Shown here piece by piece: positions 38,475 through 47,985 of a stretch of DNA of 64,000 nucleotides (the stretch's first letter is position 1; every line of letters begins with the position of its first letter). A model generated the notes under the pieces. The model searched no databases. It was not told the origin of the DNA and was given only the letters and a program-made list of their open reading frames with translations. Made by a program: the position numbers and the translations under genes. This DNA comes from an uncultured Anaerolineaceae bacterium (GTDB lineage Bacteria; Chloroflexota; Anaerolineae; Anaerolineales; Villigracilaceae): positions 4,246-68,245 of the forward strand of contig CAZSVR010000012.1 in assembly GCA_964610295.1 (NCBI GenBank). The letters run 5' to 3'.

Positions 38475-39380
38475 ATGAAACGAGCGGTCAGTGTAAGCCT
38501 TGGTTCATCCAAACGAAACAAAACTGTGGAAGTGACATTGCTTGGCGAAAAAGTCAGCATTGAACGCATCGGCACAGATGGCGATATGGAAGCCGCAGCA
38601 TTAAAATACAAGGAACTCGACGGCATGGTGGACGCCTTCGGTGTGGGTGGCGCAGACCTGGGCGCAATTGTTGAAGGAAAGTTCTTCCCTTTTCACTCGG
38701 TGCAAAAGATGGTGCGCTATATCAAAAAGACTCCTGTGGTGGATGGTGGCGGGTTAAAAAATACGCTTGAAAACCGGGCGCCTGCATTTTTAGACAGGAA
38801 AATCGGCGACTATATCAACGCAGGCGGCCGCAAAATGATGATGACCCTTGGGGTGGATCGTTGGGGACTCTCCAAATCGTTTGTGGAAGCGGGCTATGAA
38901 ACCGTCTTCTGTGATCTGATGTTCGCACTCGATATCCCCATTCCGATCCGTTCGATTGGCGGCGTAAAGACACTGGCCTCGCTGATGATCCCGATCGTCA
39001 CCCGCTTCCCTTTTGAATGGTTGTACCCCACAGGCGAAAAGCAGAATGAGCACAAACCCAAATGGGAAAAATGGTATCACTGGGCGACCGTGATCGCAGG
39101 CGATTGCCTTTATATCAAACGAAACATGCCACTCGATATGCAAGGCAAAATAGTCGTGACCAATACCACAACACCCGAAGATGTTGAGTTCTTTAAGAAA
39201 TGCGGGATTAAATATCTCGTCACCACCACACCCGTCATGGAGGGCCGCTCGTTCGGCACGAACATGATGGAAGCTGCGCTGGTGGCCATCTCGGGCAAGG
39301 GCCGCCCATTGAATTGGGATGAACTGAACGAAATGCTGGATCAACTTGGCTTCGAGCCACAACTGCAGGAGTTGAATTAA
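38475..39380 (+). CDS. Conserved hypothetical protein (family often labelled quinate 5-dehydrogenase)
   Basis: VSVSLGSS, GTDGD, DAFGVGG, VVDGGGLK, GRSFGTN; function unproven. Confidence 0.6.
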   Translation: MKRAVSVSLGSSKRNKTVEVTLLGEKVSIERIGTDGDMEAAALKYKELDGMVDAFGVGGADLGAIVEGKFFPFHSVQKMVRYIKKTPVVDGGGLKNTLENRAPAFLDRKIGDYINAGGRKMMMTLGVDRWGLSKSFVEAGYETVFCDLMFALDIPIPIRSIGGVKTLASLMIPIVTRFPFEWLYPTGEKQNEHKPKWEKWYHWATVIAGDCLYIKRNMPLDMQGKIVVTNTTTPEDVEFFKKCGIKYLVTTTPVMEGRSFGTNMMEAALVAISGKGRPLNWDELNEMLDQLGFEPQLQELN

Positions 39381-39383
39381 CCC

Positions 39384-40268
39384 ATGGACGCAATCGTAAC
39401 CGCAGGCGGAATCCCACAACCCGAAGACCCGTTATACGCATATTCCAACGGCAATTCCAAAGCACTGATCGATGTCGCCGGCAAGCCCATGATCCAATGG
39501 ATCCTGGACGCGCTCGGCAATGCGAAGAAGGTGGATAAAGTCATTATCATTGGCCTTGCCCCAAGGAATGAGCTCACCTGCAAGAAGCCTTTGTACTATA
39601 TTTCCAATCAGGGGCGCATGCTCTCAAACATAGTCGCGGGCGTGGACAAATCCATTGAGTTGAACAAGAAAAGCCAGTATGTCCTGCTCGTCTCTGCAGA
39701 TATCCCCACGCTCAAAAGCGAAATGGTGGATTGGCTGGTAAACACCGCCATGAAAACCAAAGACGATCTGTATTATGGCGTCTGTCCGCGCGAAGTGATG
39801 GAGAAGCGCTTCCCCAACTCAAAGCGTACTTACACCAAACTCAAAGATATGGAAGTGTGCGGCGCAGACATGAATCTGATCCACGTCAGCATGACCAGGG
39901 AACATCTTGAGACGTGGGAGGAATTGATCGGCAACCGCAAAAATACCTTTAGGCAGGCCGCCGTGATCGGTTTGGACACCTACTTCCAATTTTTAACGCG
40001 CCAATTCACATTGCAGGGATTGGCGCAACGCGCTTCAGAGAGGATCGGCATAAAAGCCCGCGCCATCATATGGTCCCAGGCTGAGCCGTGCATGGATGTC
40101 GACAAGCCTCATCAATTGGAACTTCTCCGTGCAGACCTGGCACGCCAGCAGCGCAAGGTCACTGCGCTCAAACGATCTGTACCCCGGAAGAAAACTGTTA
40201 AAGCAAAGGCTGTAAAAAAGGCGGCCACCCATAAAGCCAAAGCGAAGGCCAAGCCCAGGCGCAAATGA
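39384..40268 (+). CDS. MobA-like NTP transferase with basic tail
   Basis: IVTAGG, KALIDVAGKPMI, SADIP, DVDKP. Confidence 0.8.
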   Translation: MDAIVTAGGIPQPEDPLYAYSNGNSKALIDVAGKPMIQWILDALGNAKKVDKVIIIGLAPRNELTCKKPLYYISNQGRMLSNIVAGVDKSIELNKKSQYVLLVSADIPTLKSEMVDWLVNTAMKTKDDLYYGVCPREVMEKRFPNSKRTYTKLKDMEVCGADMNLIHVSMTREHLETWEELIGNRKNTFRQAAVIGLDTYFQFLTRQFTLQGLAQRASERIGIKARAIIWSQAEPCMDVDKPHQLELLRADLARQQRKVTALKRSVPRKKTVKAKAVKKAATHKAKAKAKPRRK

Positions 40269-40828
40269 ATTTTCGTTCATTCCTTGAATTCGATGCCCGA
40301 CTCTCCGACCAATTGCGTGTGGCCGAAAAGCCGGGTTTTTTGCGGAATATCGCTGTCCTTTTCGCGCTTTCAGGCGACTCATGGTTTTGGGCTGGCGCAC
40401 TGATACTCTCCTGGTTCTCCAGTAATTCTGCATGGAAACAATGGGAAGCGGTTGAATTCGTGGGCATCGCAGGGCTGGCCGGCGTCGTGCTCGCCATCAA
40501 ATTCATGGTCCGCAGGCAAAGGCCGCAAGGCGAATGGGGCGTGATCTATCGCAGCACGGATCCACATTCCTTTCCCTCCGGACATGCCGCCCGCGCATGC
40601 CTGATCGCCATCGTCGCCTCTGCTCTTGCACCCACGACGTGGCTGATCCTGCTTCTATGGATCTGGGCGCCGCTGGTAGGTCTTGCGCGCGTCGCAATGG
40701 GCGTGCACTACGTCTCAGATATCCTGGTGGGCGCGATCCTCGGCATCCTCGTGGCCTTGATCGGCTTGCAGTTTTACCAACCACTTCTGGCATGGTTCAA
40801 TTCCATCATCGGTTACCCATTGTGGTAA
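40265..40828 (+). CDS. PAP2 family phosphatase
   Basis: KFMVRRQRP, SFPSGH, ARVAMGVHYVSD. Confidence 0.92.
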   Translation: MNFRSFLEFDARLSDQLRVAEKPGFLRNIAVLFALSGDSWFWAGALILSWFSSNSAWKQWEAVEFVGIAGLAGVVLAIKFMVRRQRPQGEWGVIYRSTDPHSFPSGHAARACLIAIVASALAPTTWLILLLWIWAPLVGLARVAMGVHYVSDILVGAILGILVALIGLQFYQPLLAWFNSIIGYPLW

Positions 40829-40841
40829 TAATTTATCGATC

Positions 40842-42059
40842 ATGAAGATCCGCGCGATCACATATTTTCTGAATCCAGGCTGGCCTCTAGACGAGTCCAA
40901 ACTGGGCGCGGCGGGAGAATTTCTCGCGCGGGCCAAATCCGCATTTGAAGCTGCGGGCTACGAAGTCCAGACCACGCGCCTGGCGACGATCCCATTTCCT
41001 GAATTATTGAATGGCAGAGCAGCTGAAACGCCGCGGCTTGCGGAGAAAATGTCCGGGTTGTTGCCGCAGATCGGGGTGGCGTACGCATCACTCGGTCCCG
41101 CGTTGATCGAACATCCTGATGGCTACGCGGCCATTCCAGAAGCCATGCTTGCATCCGAAAATATTTTCTTGGGTGGCGAAATGGCTTCCAAAGAGAAAGG
41201 GATATCGCTTACAGCAGTAAAAGCATGCGCGCAAGTCATTCAAAAAGCATCCGCCATTACGCCGGATGGATTCGCCAATCTGCGTTTCGCTGCCCTGGCA
41301 AATGTAAAAGCCGGCGCGCCGTTCTTCCCCGCCGCATACCATGCAGGAGATGAACCCGCCTTCGCGGTCGCAATTGAATCTGCCGATCTTGCGGTAAATG
41401 CTTTCAGTGAACGACACACAATAGAGAGTGGGCGACGCGCCTTGGTCGCTGAAATTGAGAAGCATGGTCAGGCCATTGCCCGAATATCGAAGAACGAATT
41501 ATCGAGTACTCACTTTGGCGGCATTGATTTTTCGCTTGCGCCTTTCCCCGATGATGCACATTCGCTGGGCAACGCGGTAGAAAAAATGGGCGTGCCAAAG
41601 ATCGGCTTGCATGGCTCGCTTGCCGCGGCCGCCATCCTCACCGAGGCCGTTGACCGCGCTGATTTCCCTCACACGGGCTTCAGTGGATTCATGCAACCGG
41701 TGCTTGAAGATTCCATCCTTGCAAAGCGCGCGGCGGAAGGCACGTTGACCATAAAAGATGCCTTGCTGTATTCTGCTGTATGTGGAACGGGTCTGGATAC
41801 GATCCCGTTGCCAGGGGATACAAGTGCGGCACAGCTCGCGCCGCTCCTGCTGGACCTGTGTGCCTTATCTCTTCGATTGGACAAACCGCTCACCGCGCGG
41901 CTGATGCCTGTTCCCGGGAAAAAGGCAGGCGACGCCACGAGTTTTGACTTCGGGTTCTTCGCGAACAGCAAAGTAATGGCTTTGGACTCTGCGCTGCTTA
42001 ATCTGCCTCTCGGCGGAGATGAGAATTTTACTTTGCAAGTAAAACGTTCCAACGTTTAA
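40842..42059 (+). CDS. DUF711 (PFL-like) family protein
   Basis: NLRFAALAN, PFFPAAYH, GFSGFMQPVLED, VCGTGLDTIP, KPLTARLMP. Confidence 0.85.
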   Translation: MKIRAITYFLNPGWPLDESKLGAAGEFLARAKSAFEAAGYEVQTTRLATIPFPELLNGRAAETPRLAEKMSGLLPQIGVAYASLGPALIEHPDGYAAIPEAMLASENIFLGGEMASKEKGISLTAVKACAQVIQKASAITPDGFANLRFAALANVKAGAPFFPAAYHAGDEPAFAVAIESADLAVNAFSERHTIESGRRALVAEIEKHGQAIARISKNELSSTHFGGIDFSLAPFPDDAHSLGNAVEKMGVPKIGLHGSLAAAAILTEAVDRADFPHTGFSGFMQPVLEDSILAKRAAEGTLTIKDALLYSAVCGTGLDTIPLPGDTSAAQLAPLLLDLCALSLRLDKPLTARLMPVPGKKAGDATSFDFGFFANSKVMALDSALLNLPLGGDENFTLQVKRSNV

Positions 42060-42073
42060 ACGTTGGAACGTTT
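42042..42073. repeat. Perfect 32-bp palindrome between convergent stop codons
   Basis: AAACGTTCCAACGTTT-AAACGTTGGAACGTTT. Confidence 0.85.
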
Positions 42074-42520
42074 CATGCGCGCCAGTAACTTCGTCCCCCG
42101 CCTTCGCGTTTCATTAATCCATAGCCAACGAGTTCGCGCCTCAAACTGGCTGTGTCTTCATAATAGCGGCCCAGTATTTCATTCACCTTTTTCTCGCTAT
42201 AGCGTTTATTCGGTTCAAAATCCCTGACGACGTAACGCAGGATCAATTCCAGTTTTTTACGCTGTGCCGGAATGGTTATCAAACTTCCATCTTTTCGTGA
42301 GTAATCCGCGATCACTTTGCGGTCATATGCGTCCGCATCCACATCTGCGACAGAGGCGGCCGGGCTCTCCTGCGAAAACAAACTACGCGCTCTATTCTGC
42401 AATGCTTTTTCGTTCAATTCATAAACATTGTAATAACCATCCGCACGCGCGTGGACCAGTCCCACTTGTGCCAGTTTTGCGAGGTGCTGTGAAACCGTGG
42501 AGGGCTTGAGCTCGAAGGCG
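42073..42520 (-). pseudogene. 5'-truncated ArsR-HTH/DUF2087 protein
   Basis: ELKPSTVSQHLAKL...YY HTH half, then IPAQRKK...LRRELV (DUF2087); the first ArsR helices and a start codon are absent. Confidence 0.7.
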
Positions 42521-42616
42521 CTGGCTGGTTGAACGCAAGGAGAGTGAAGCGAAGTGAATCGGTTATAATTCCTGCGTAAGAGAGTTTGTCCCATCCATTT
42601 CAACTTGGAGGTGCCT

Positions 42617-43534
42617 GTGGATCTCTCGAAGCACGCGTACTTTGAGGGAAAGATCGTCCCGCTTGCGGACGCTAAAATCAATATAGCTACTCATGGCTTT
42701 TTATATGGAACCGCCGTTTTCGGTGGTATGCGGGGATATTGGAATGAAGAGAAAAAACGTCTTTTCTTATTTCGACCTTATGACCATTTTCACCGCCTCT
42801 TAAATTCGGGGCGCATGTTGTCTATGGATGTGAAATATGATGAAGAAAGTCTGATCCAGCTCGCGCTGGACGTCTTGCGAATGGATGACTGGAAGCAGGA
42901 TGTTTACCTGCGCCCCACGATCTATAAAGCGGATCTGGGGATCGGTGTAAAACTGCATGATTTAAAAGATGAATTCTGCATGTTCGTTATGAAGTTCGAG
43001 AAGTATGTCGACAACGACACGAACGCGCATGTCACTTTTTCCTCGTGGCGGCGCATCGACGATAACGCCATCCCGGCACGCGGCAAGGTGGCAGGTGCAT
43101 ATGCAAATTCCGCGCTGATCAAGACCGATGCAAATCGCGCAGGCTTTGATGAGGCGCTTGTGCTTGACAATAACGGTCATGTCTCTGAAGGCTCGGCCAT
43201 GAACATCTTCATGCTGCGCGATGGAGTTTTGGTGACACCGCCTGTCACAGATAATATTCTGGAAGGCATTACGCGCCGCTCGGTGATTGAACTGGCTCGC
43301 AATGAAGTAGGCCTTCAGGTTATGGAACGCTCAATTGACCGCACGGAAGTTTTTATTGCTGAAGAAATGTTCATGACCGGAACGGCCGCGCAAGTGGTGG
43401 CGGTGACGAAGGTGGATCACCGCCCGATAGGTGCCGGTGCAATGGGGCCGATCACAACAAAATTACGCACCTTGTTCGATGACGTGGTGCGAGCGAAGAA
43501 TACAAAATATACCCAGTGGAACCTGGAAGTATAA
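42617..43534 (+). CDS. ilvE: Branched-chain amino acid aminotransferase
   Basis: GKVAGAYAN, EGSAMN, ILEGITR, GTAA; SD GGAGG before GTG 42617. Confidence 0.93.
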   Translation: MDLSKHAYFEGKIVPLADAKINIATHGFLYGTAVFGGMRGYWNEEKKRLFLFRPYDHFHRLLNSGRMLSMDVKYDEESLIQLALDVLRMDDWKQDVYLRPTIYKADLGIGVKLHDLKDEFCMFVMKFEKYVDNDTNAHVTFSSWRRIDDNAIPARGKVAGAYANSALIKTDANRAGFDEALVLDNNGHVSEGSAMNIFMLRDGVLVTPPVTDNILEGITRRSVIELARNEVGLQVMERSIDRTEVFIAEEMFMTGTAAQVVAVTKVDHRPIGAGAMGPITTKLRTLFDDVVRAKNTKYTQWNLEV

Positions 43535-43558
43535 ACAGGATAAAGAAGAGCAATTCAG

Positions 43559-44266
43559 TTATTTCAACAGGTCGGGGAATTCTGCAAAAGACTTGATGAC
43601 TGCGCAGTCTGCTTCGGGGAAGAGGCCGCGCGGGTCGATCAGCACAGGGGTAAGCCCGGCGCGACGCGAACCGACAATGTCTGCGAAATAATTATCACCC
43701 ACGTAGATCGATTGATGCGCAGCGGTCTCTGATAATTCCAGGGCGCGTTCAAAGATGAGTGTATCGGGCTTGAAGGATTTCACTTCGCCGCCCGCCAGCG
43801 CGAATTTGAAATAAGCATCGAGTTTCAAATCCTTTAATTCTTCGTGAAACGGGTCGTCGCGATTGGAGACCACACCCAGAACATATCCGCTTTCTTTAAG
43901 GGCTGTAAGTATGGCAAATACTTCATCAGGGATGTGCGATTGCGGCTTGTAATTCTCAGCCATGTAGGCGGAAGTTTTTGGAGCCAGTGTTTGCGCCTGC
44001 TCAGGGTCACAACCCAGCGCGACCAGTCGCCTGTAACTATAATTGATCCAGAACGCATCCCGGTCTTTGTATTCTTCCATATCCGCGCGAAGTTCAGGAG
44101 AGCTGGCAAAATAATAATGCTCCCAGCGCTGGCCCCGTTTTTCATCCTCCTTTGAAATATGCAAGCCAAGGCCAAGTGCATATTCTGCAAAAACCTGATC
44201 GCCGGTGGGAATGTTATAACGGAGCGTGCCGTCAAGATCGAAGAGAATGGCTTTGATGTTTTTCAT
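43559..44266 (-). CDS. HAD family hydrolase
   Basis: FDLDGTL, VSN, KP, VGDNYFADI. Confidence 0.9.
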   Translation of the reverse strand: MKNIKAILFDLDGTLRYNIPTGDQVFAEYALGLGLHISKEDEKRGQRWEHYYFASSPELRADMEEYKDRDAFWINYSYRRLVALGCDPEQAQTLAPKTSAYMAENYKPQSHIPDEVFAILTALKESGYVLGVVSNRDDPFHEELKDLKLDAYFKFALAGGEVKSFKPDTLIFERALELSETAAHQSIYVGDNYFADIVGSRRAGLTPVLIDPRGLFPEADCAVIKSFAEFPDLLK

Positions 44267-44319
44267 AACGATCGCGTATATATTGTCGCTTTGCAGTTCC
44301 ACTGCAAAACCAACAGAAC

Positions 44320-45324
44320 TTATCCGCCAATATGCGACATCTCCACCTTGGGTAAAGAGATCGTATTTTCAGATCGAATCTCCGAGTAACGATCGCCGCG
44401 TTTGCCCCACACGCGCGCGATCTCATTTGAAATTTCATCGTCCGTTGCGCCGCTGCGAAGCAGATCGCGAAAGTCGTGCCCTTTGATGGCGAACAGACAG
44501 GTGTAGAGCTTGCCTTCGGCGGAAATCCTGGCGCGATTGCAGTCGCGGCAAAACGCCTGAGTCACGGAGGCGACCACGCCGATCTCGCCGCTGCCATCTT
44601 TATATCGCCAGCGCCCGGCCACTTCGCCCCGATAATTCGGGTCTGCCGGCTCCAATGGCATTTCAGCATCGATCAGTTTGATGATTTCCGCGGCCGGAAC
44701 AACATCGTCCATTCGCCAGCCGTTGGAGTGACCGACATCCATGTATTCGATGAAGCGCAGAATAAAGCCCTTTTCCCGGAAGAAACGAGCCATCGGCAGG
44801 ATACTGGACTCGTTGAGACCGCGCTTGACCACCATGTTCACCTTGATCGGACCCAGGCCAACTCCGGCAGCGGCATCCATTCCCTCCAATACGGCTTCCA
44901 CCGGAAAATCCACATCGTTCATCGCTTTGAATATTTCGTCGTCTAGCGAGTCCAGGCTCACTGTGACACGTTTCAATCCGGCGTCCTGGAGGGCGCGGGC
45001 TTGTTTAACGAGCAGGGACCCGTTGGTAGTGAGAGTAAGATCGATATCAGGAATGGCGGCCAACATGGCGACCAAGAGGTGCAGATCGCGACGGACCAGG
45101 GGCTCACCGCCGGTCAGCCGAATCTTGCGAACGCCCTGCGCGACAAAAATTCGAGCCAGCCGCGTAATCTCTTCGAATGTCAAAATTTGATCGCGGTGCA
45201 GAAATTCATGATCCGATCCAAAGATCTCTTTTGGCATGCAATAAACACAGCGAAAGTTACACCGATCGGTGACGGATATTCGCAGGTCGCGCAAAGGGCG
45301 GTTAAGGGTGTCAGTGAGGGTCAC
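44320..45324 (-). CDS. moaA: GTP 3',8-cyclase
   Basis: [23 protein letters not shown]-terminal IGG; start uncertain. Confidence 0.95.
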   Translation of the reverse strand: MTLTDTLNRPLRDLRISVTDRCNFRCVYCMPKEIFGSDHEFLHRDQILTFEEITRLARIFVAQGVRKIRLTGGEPLVRRDLHLLVAMLAAIPDIDLTLTTNGSLLVKQARALQDAGLKRVTVSLDSLDDEIFKAMNDVDFPVEAVLEGMDAAAGVGLGPIKVNMVVKRGLNESSILPMARFFREKGFILRFIEYMDVGHSNGWRMDDVVPAAEIIKLIDAEMPLEPADPNYRGEVAGRWRYKDGSGEIGVVASVTQAFCRDCNRARISAEGKLYTCLFAIKGHDFRDLLRSGATDDEISNEIARVWGKRGDRYSEIRSENTISLPKVEMSHIGG

Positions 45325-45444
45325 TGTAGATTGCTCTGTAAAATAATCCTGTTCAAGGAGTACCCGGCAAGGGGATGTTTCGTCCAAAATGATCTTTAGC
45401 CATGGGAAGTGCATTATAACAATATTAGATGACCCATAGGGCAA

Positions 45445-45473
45445 TTGACGGTTAATCTTAGCCGTGCTATTAT
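45445..45473 (+). promoter_or_regulatory. Promoter TTGACG-N17-TATTAT
   Basis: 17-bp spacer with extended TG; upstream of the PIN/TRAM gene. Confidence 0.7.
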
Positions 45474-45518
45474 AAGTCTTGGTCTTATTTTGTTCTTTTT
45501 ATTATAAAGGAGTTATTA

Positions 45519-46592
45519 ATGAGTTTTGAATTTATTCTTCGTATTGTCGGCATGATCGTTCTCGCAATTGCAGGTGGATATTGGGGATTTGACCTCGGCA
45601 AGTTAAACCCGGAGCAGGCACTTCGCACCACTTTAACCTTTTCACTGGTCGGCGCCTTAGCCGGCCTGATCCTGACCCCATATATCACCACGCGTCCGGC
45701 ACGCGCTTTGCGTTCCATATTGGGACGGCTGTCTGCGGAGAGCCTGTTCGCAGGCATGACTGGCCTCGTAATGGGACTACTCATTGCGGCCTTGCTGGCG
45801 TTTCCACTTTCCCTGCTGCCCGAGCCGTTCAGCCAGGTGCTGCCTTTCATCGGTGTCCTGCTGTTCTCCTATTTTGGCGTTTCACTCTTTGTAATGCGTC
45901 AGGGCGACATCATGGGATTGCTCGGTGCATTGAGTGGACGTGGCGAGGGTGGCAGTTCTTCCTCGTGGACAAACCTCAATCGCACCATCCTGCTCGATAC
46001 CAGCGTCATTATTGACGGCCGGGTAGCCGACATCGCCAAAACCGGCTTCCTGCCCGGCACGCTTCTGATCCCGCGTTTTGTGTTGAACGAATTGCAATAT
46101 ATCGCAGACTCGCCAGACGGCATGCGCCGTCAACGCGGCCGCCGCGGTATGGAAGTGCTGGCCGAAATACAAAAACTCCCCAACATCCTCGTCCGCATTT
46201 CGGACATCAACGTGGATGGCGTGCGCGAAGTAGACGACAAGCTCATCGTGCTCGGCAAACAACTCAAGAGTCCCGTGCTGACCAACGATTACAACCTTAA
46301 CCGCATCGCTGAACTGCAAGGCGTGACCGTACTCAACATCAACGAACTGGCCAACGCCGTCAAATCCGTGGTATTGCCCGGTGAAGGCCTGCGCATCAAC
46401 GTCATTCAGGAAGGCAAGGAACACGGACAGGGCGTGGGCTACATGGATGATGGCACGATGGTGGTTGTTGAAAACGGCAAGGATTTCATCGGCGAATACA
46501 TGGAAGTGAATATCACCAAGGTGTTGCAAACCGCCGCCGGCCGCATGATCTTCGGCCGCGTGGATGAAGAGACCGCCAGAAAGAAGAAGTGA
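45519..46592 (+). CDS. Membrane PIN/TRAM domain protein (YacL-like)
   Basis: LDTSVIIDGR, VDDKL, TNDYNLN, GVGYMDDGTMVVV, QTAAGRMIF. Confidence 0.93.
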   Translation: MSFEFILRIVGMIVLAIAGGYWGFDLGKLNPEQALRTTLTFSLVGALAGLILTPYITTRPARALRSILGRLSAESLFAGMTGLVMGLLIAALLAFPLSLLPEPFSQVLPFIGVLLFSYFGVSLFVMRQGDIMGLLGALSGRGEGGSSSSWTNLNRTILLDTSVIIDGRVADIAKTGFLPGTLLIPRFVLNELQYIADSPDGMRRQRGRRGMEVLAEIQKLPNILVRISDINVDGVREVDDKLIVLGKQLKSPVLTNDYNLNRIAELQGVTVLNINELANAVKSVVLPGEGLRINVIQEGKEHGQGVGYMDDGTMVVVENGKDFIGEYMEVNITKVLQTAAGRMIFGRVDEETARKKK

Positions 46593-46607
46593 CCCGCCGA
46601 TGGCCCA

Positions 46608-47822
46608 TTATATGGATGAACGCGGAATATACCGGATAATTTTTTCGGGCACAATTAATGAGTATCCCACAACGAACATGATCAGGTAAACGATCGAAAA
46701 TTTCAGTGTGCCTGAACCAGCGAAGCTCAAACCGGCCAGCAGGGAAACGACCAGCGAAATAATTGACGGATAATATTGCTGAACAATATTATCTTTTTCC
46801 AAAATGCGGATAAGACAAAATATTGGGATCAATAAAAGAGTTAAGTCATGATAGTGGGCGTAGGGCAAAAGGAATATGGCTGCTATCGATATCAAGCCAA
46901 TGTGCTTTTCGCTGATCTCCCTGCTTTTGTACCACCACATGCAAAAACCTGCGACTCCCAGAACATAGCATATCCAGATCATGGTTTTTACCGGCTCTGG
47001 ATCGGTGATCCTAAAATTCCGTCTGACAATACCGGAAATTGTTGGCATATCGAAAGAGTGCGGTTCGTGCCAGATGGTATTCTCAATATACCTGATACTT
47101 TCAATAAATTTATAGGCTCCGTCGATTTTTATCAGCGCCAGACTGATTCCAGCCAGTATCAAACTTCCAATGGCAAAGCCCCAAAAAACGTTCCGATGAC
47201 GGAACAGGAAAGGAATCGCCAGGATCAAGGCGATCTGTGGGCGGACCGTAGTCAGGCTTAATCCCAGGCCTGCCAGTAAATATTTTTTGGATAATGTTCC
47301 CGAGGCCCAGAGTATCGCCCCCAACAGTAATATTGCGGTATCCTGCCCGTTCATGAAACCGCTAAATGTTGGAAAAAACAAAAAAGCCCCCATGTACAAA
47401 ATAACAAGGTTCTCTTTTGTAAACCTGCTCATTTCCAACATCTTAACCAGAAGATGGACATTAAGCACATTAAGCAGCAGCAAAACGATCGCCCACCTTT
47501 TGAAGGAGTTTACATAATCCTCATCCACCAGGGCTGTTGCAAGCGGGGCGATAAAAGGCAGGTGTGTATAAAAAATGGGAACAACTTCATGACCGACAAC
47601 CTCTTGCTCGATCTTTTTTTGTTCCTCCATGTCGTGTATATATTGAAACCCCCTGGTCTGGGAAATTCTCCCGTATGCATAAAAACCGATAAAATCTGAA
47701 CCATTTCTTGTTTTCGGATCTGCGATCATCATCGCCCATAAAAATACATAGACCAGGGACAACGAAAATAAACCCGTAAAGGCAAAGATTCGACGATAGT
47801 TTAGATTTCCCATATATGTCAT
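46608..47822 (-). CDS. GT87/DUF2029-like membrane glycosyltransferase
   Basis: SDFIGFY, NGQDT, poly-TM; AT-richer than its neighbours. Confidence 0.7.
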   Translation of the reverse strand: MTYMGNLNYRRIFAFTGLFSLSLVYVFLWAMMIADPKTRNGSDFIGFYAYGRISQTRGFQYIHDMEEQKKIEQEVVGHEVVPIFYTHLPFIAPLATALVDEDYVNSFKRWAIVLLLLNVLNVHLLVKMLEMSRFTKENLVILYMGAFLFFPTFSGFMNGQDTAILLLGAILWASGTLSKKYLLAGLGLSLTTVRPQIALILAIPFLFRHRNVFWGFAIGSLILAGISLALIKIDGAYKFIESIRYIENTIWHEPHSFDMPTISGIVRRNFRITDPEPVKTMIWICYVLGVAGFCMWWYKSREISEKHIGLISIAAIFLLPYAHYHDLTLLLIPIFCLIRILEKDNIVQQYYPSIISLVVSLLAGLSFAGSGTLKFSIVYLIMFVVGYSLIVPEKIIRYIPRSSI

Positions 47823-47985
47823 TTATACCAGAATTATCAACTGAAATTATTCAGGTTCATCAACAAGGCGACGGCGCGGTTCACGGGAGCATGGGTGTAA
47901 AATAAAAGATGCGCAGAGCGTATCTGCTGGATCCATTCTGTGTTCGCATTGTATCCACAACAGTATCTGTGGTAAAAATGGCCTC

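Noticed and set aside
45330-45444. Moco riboswitch upstream of moaA
   Set aside because: The short region is occupied by the divergent promoter and shows no recognisable structure.
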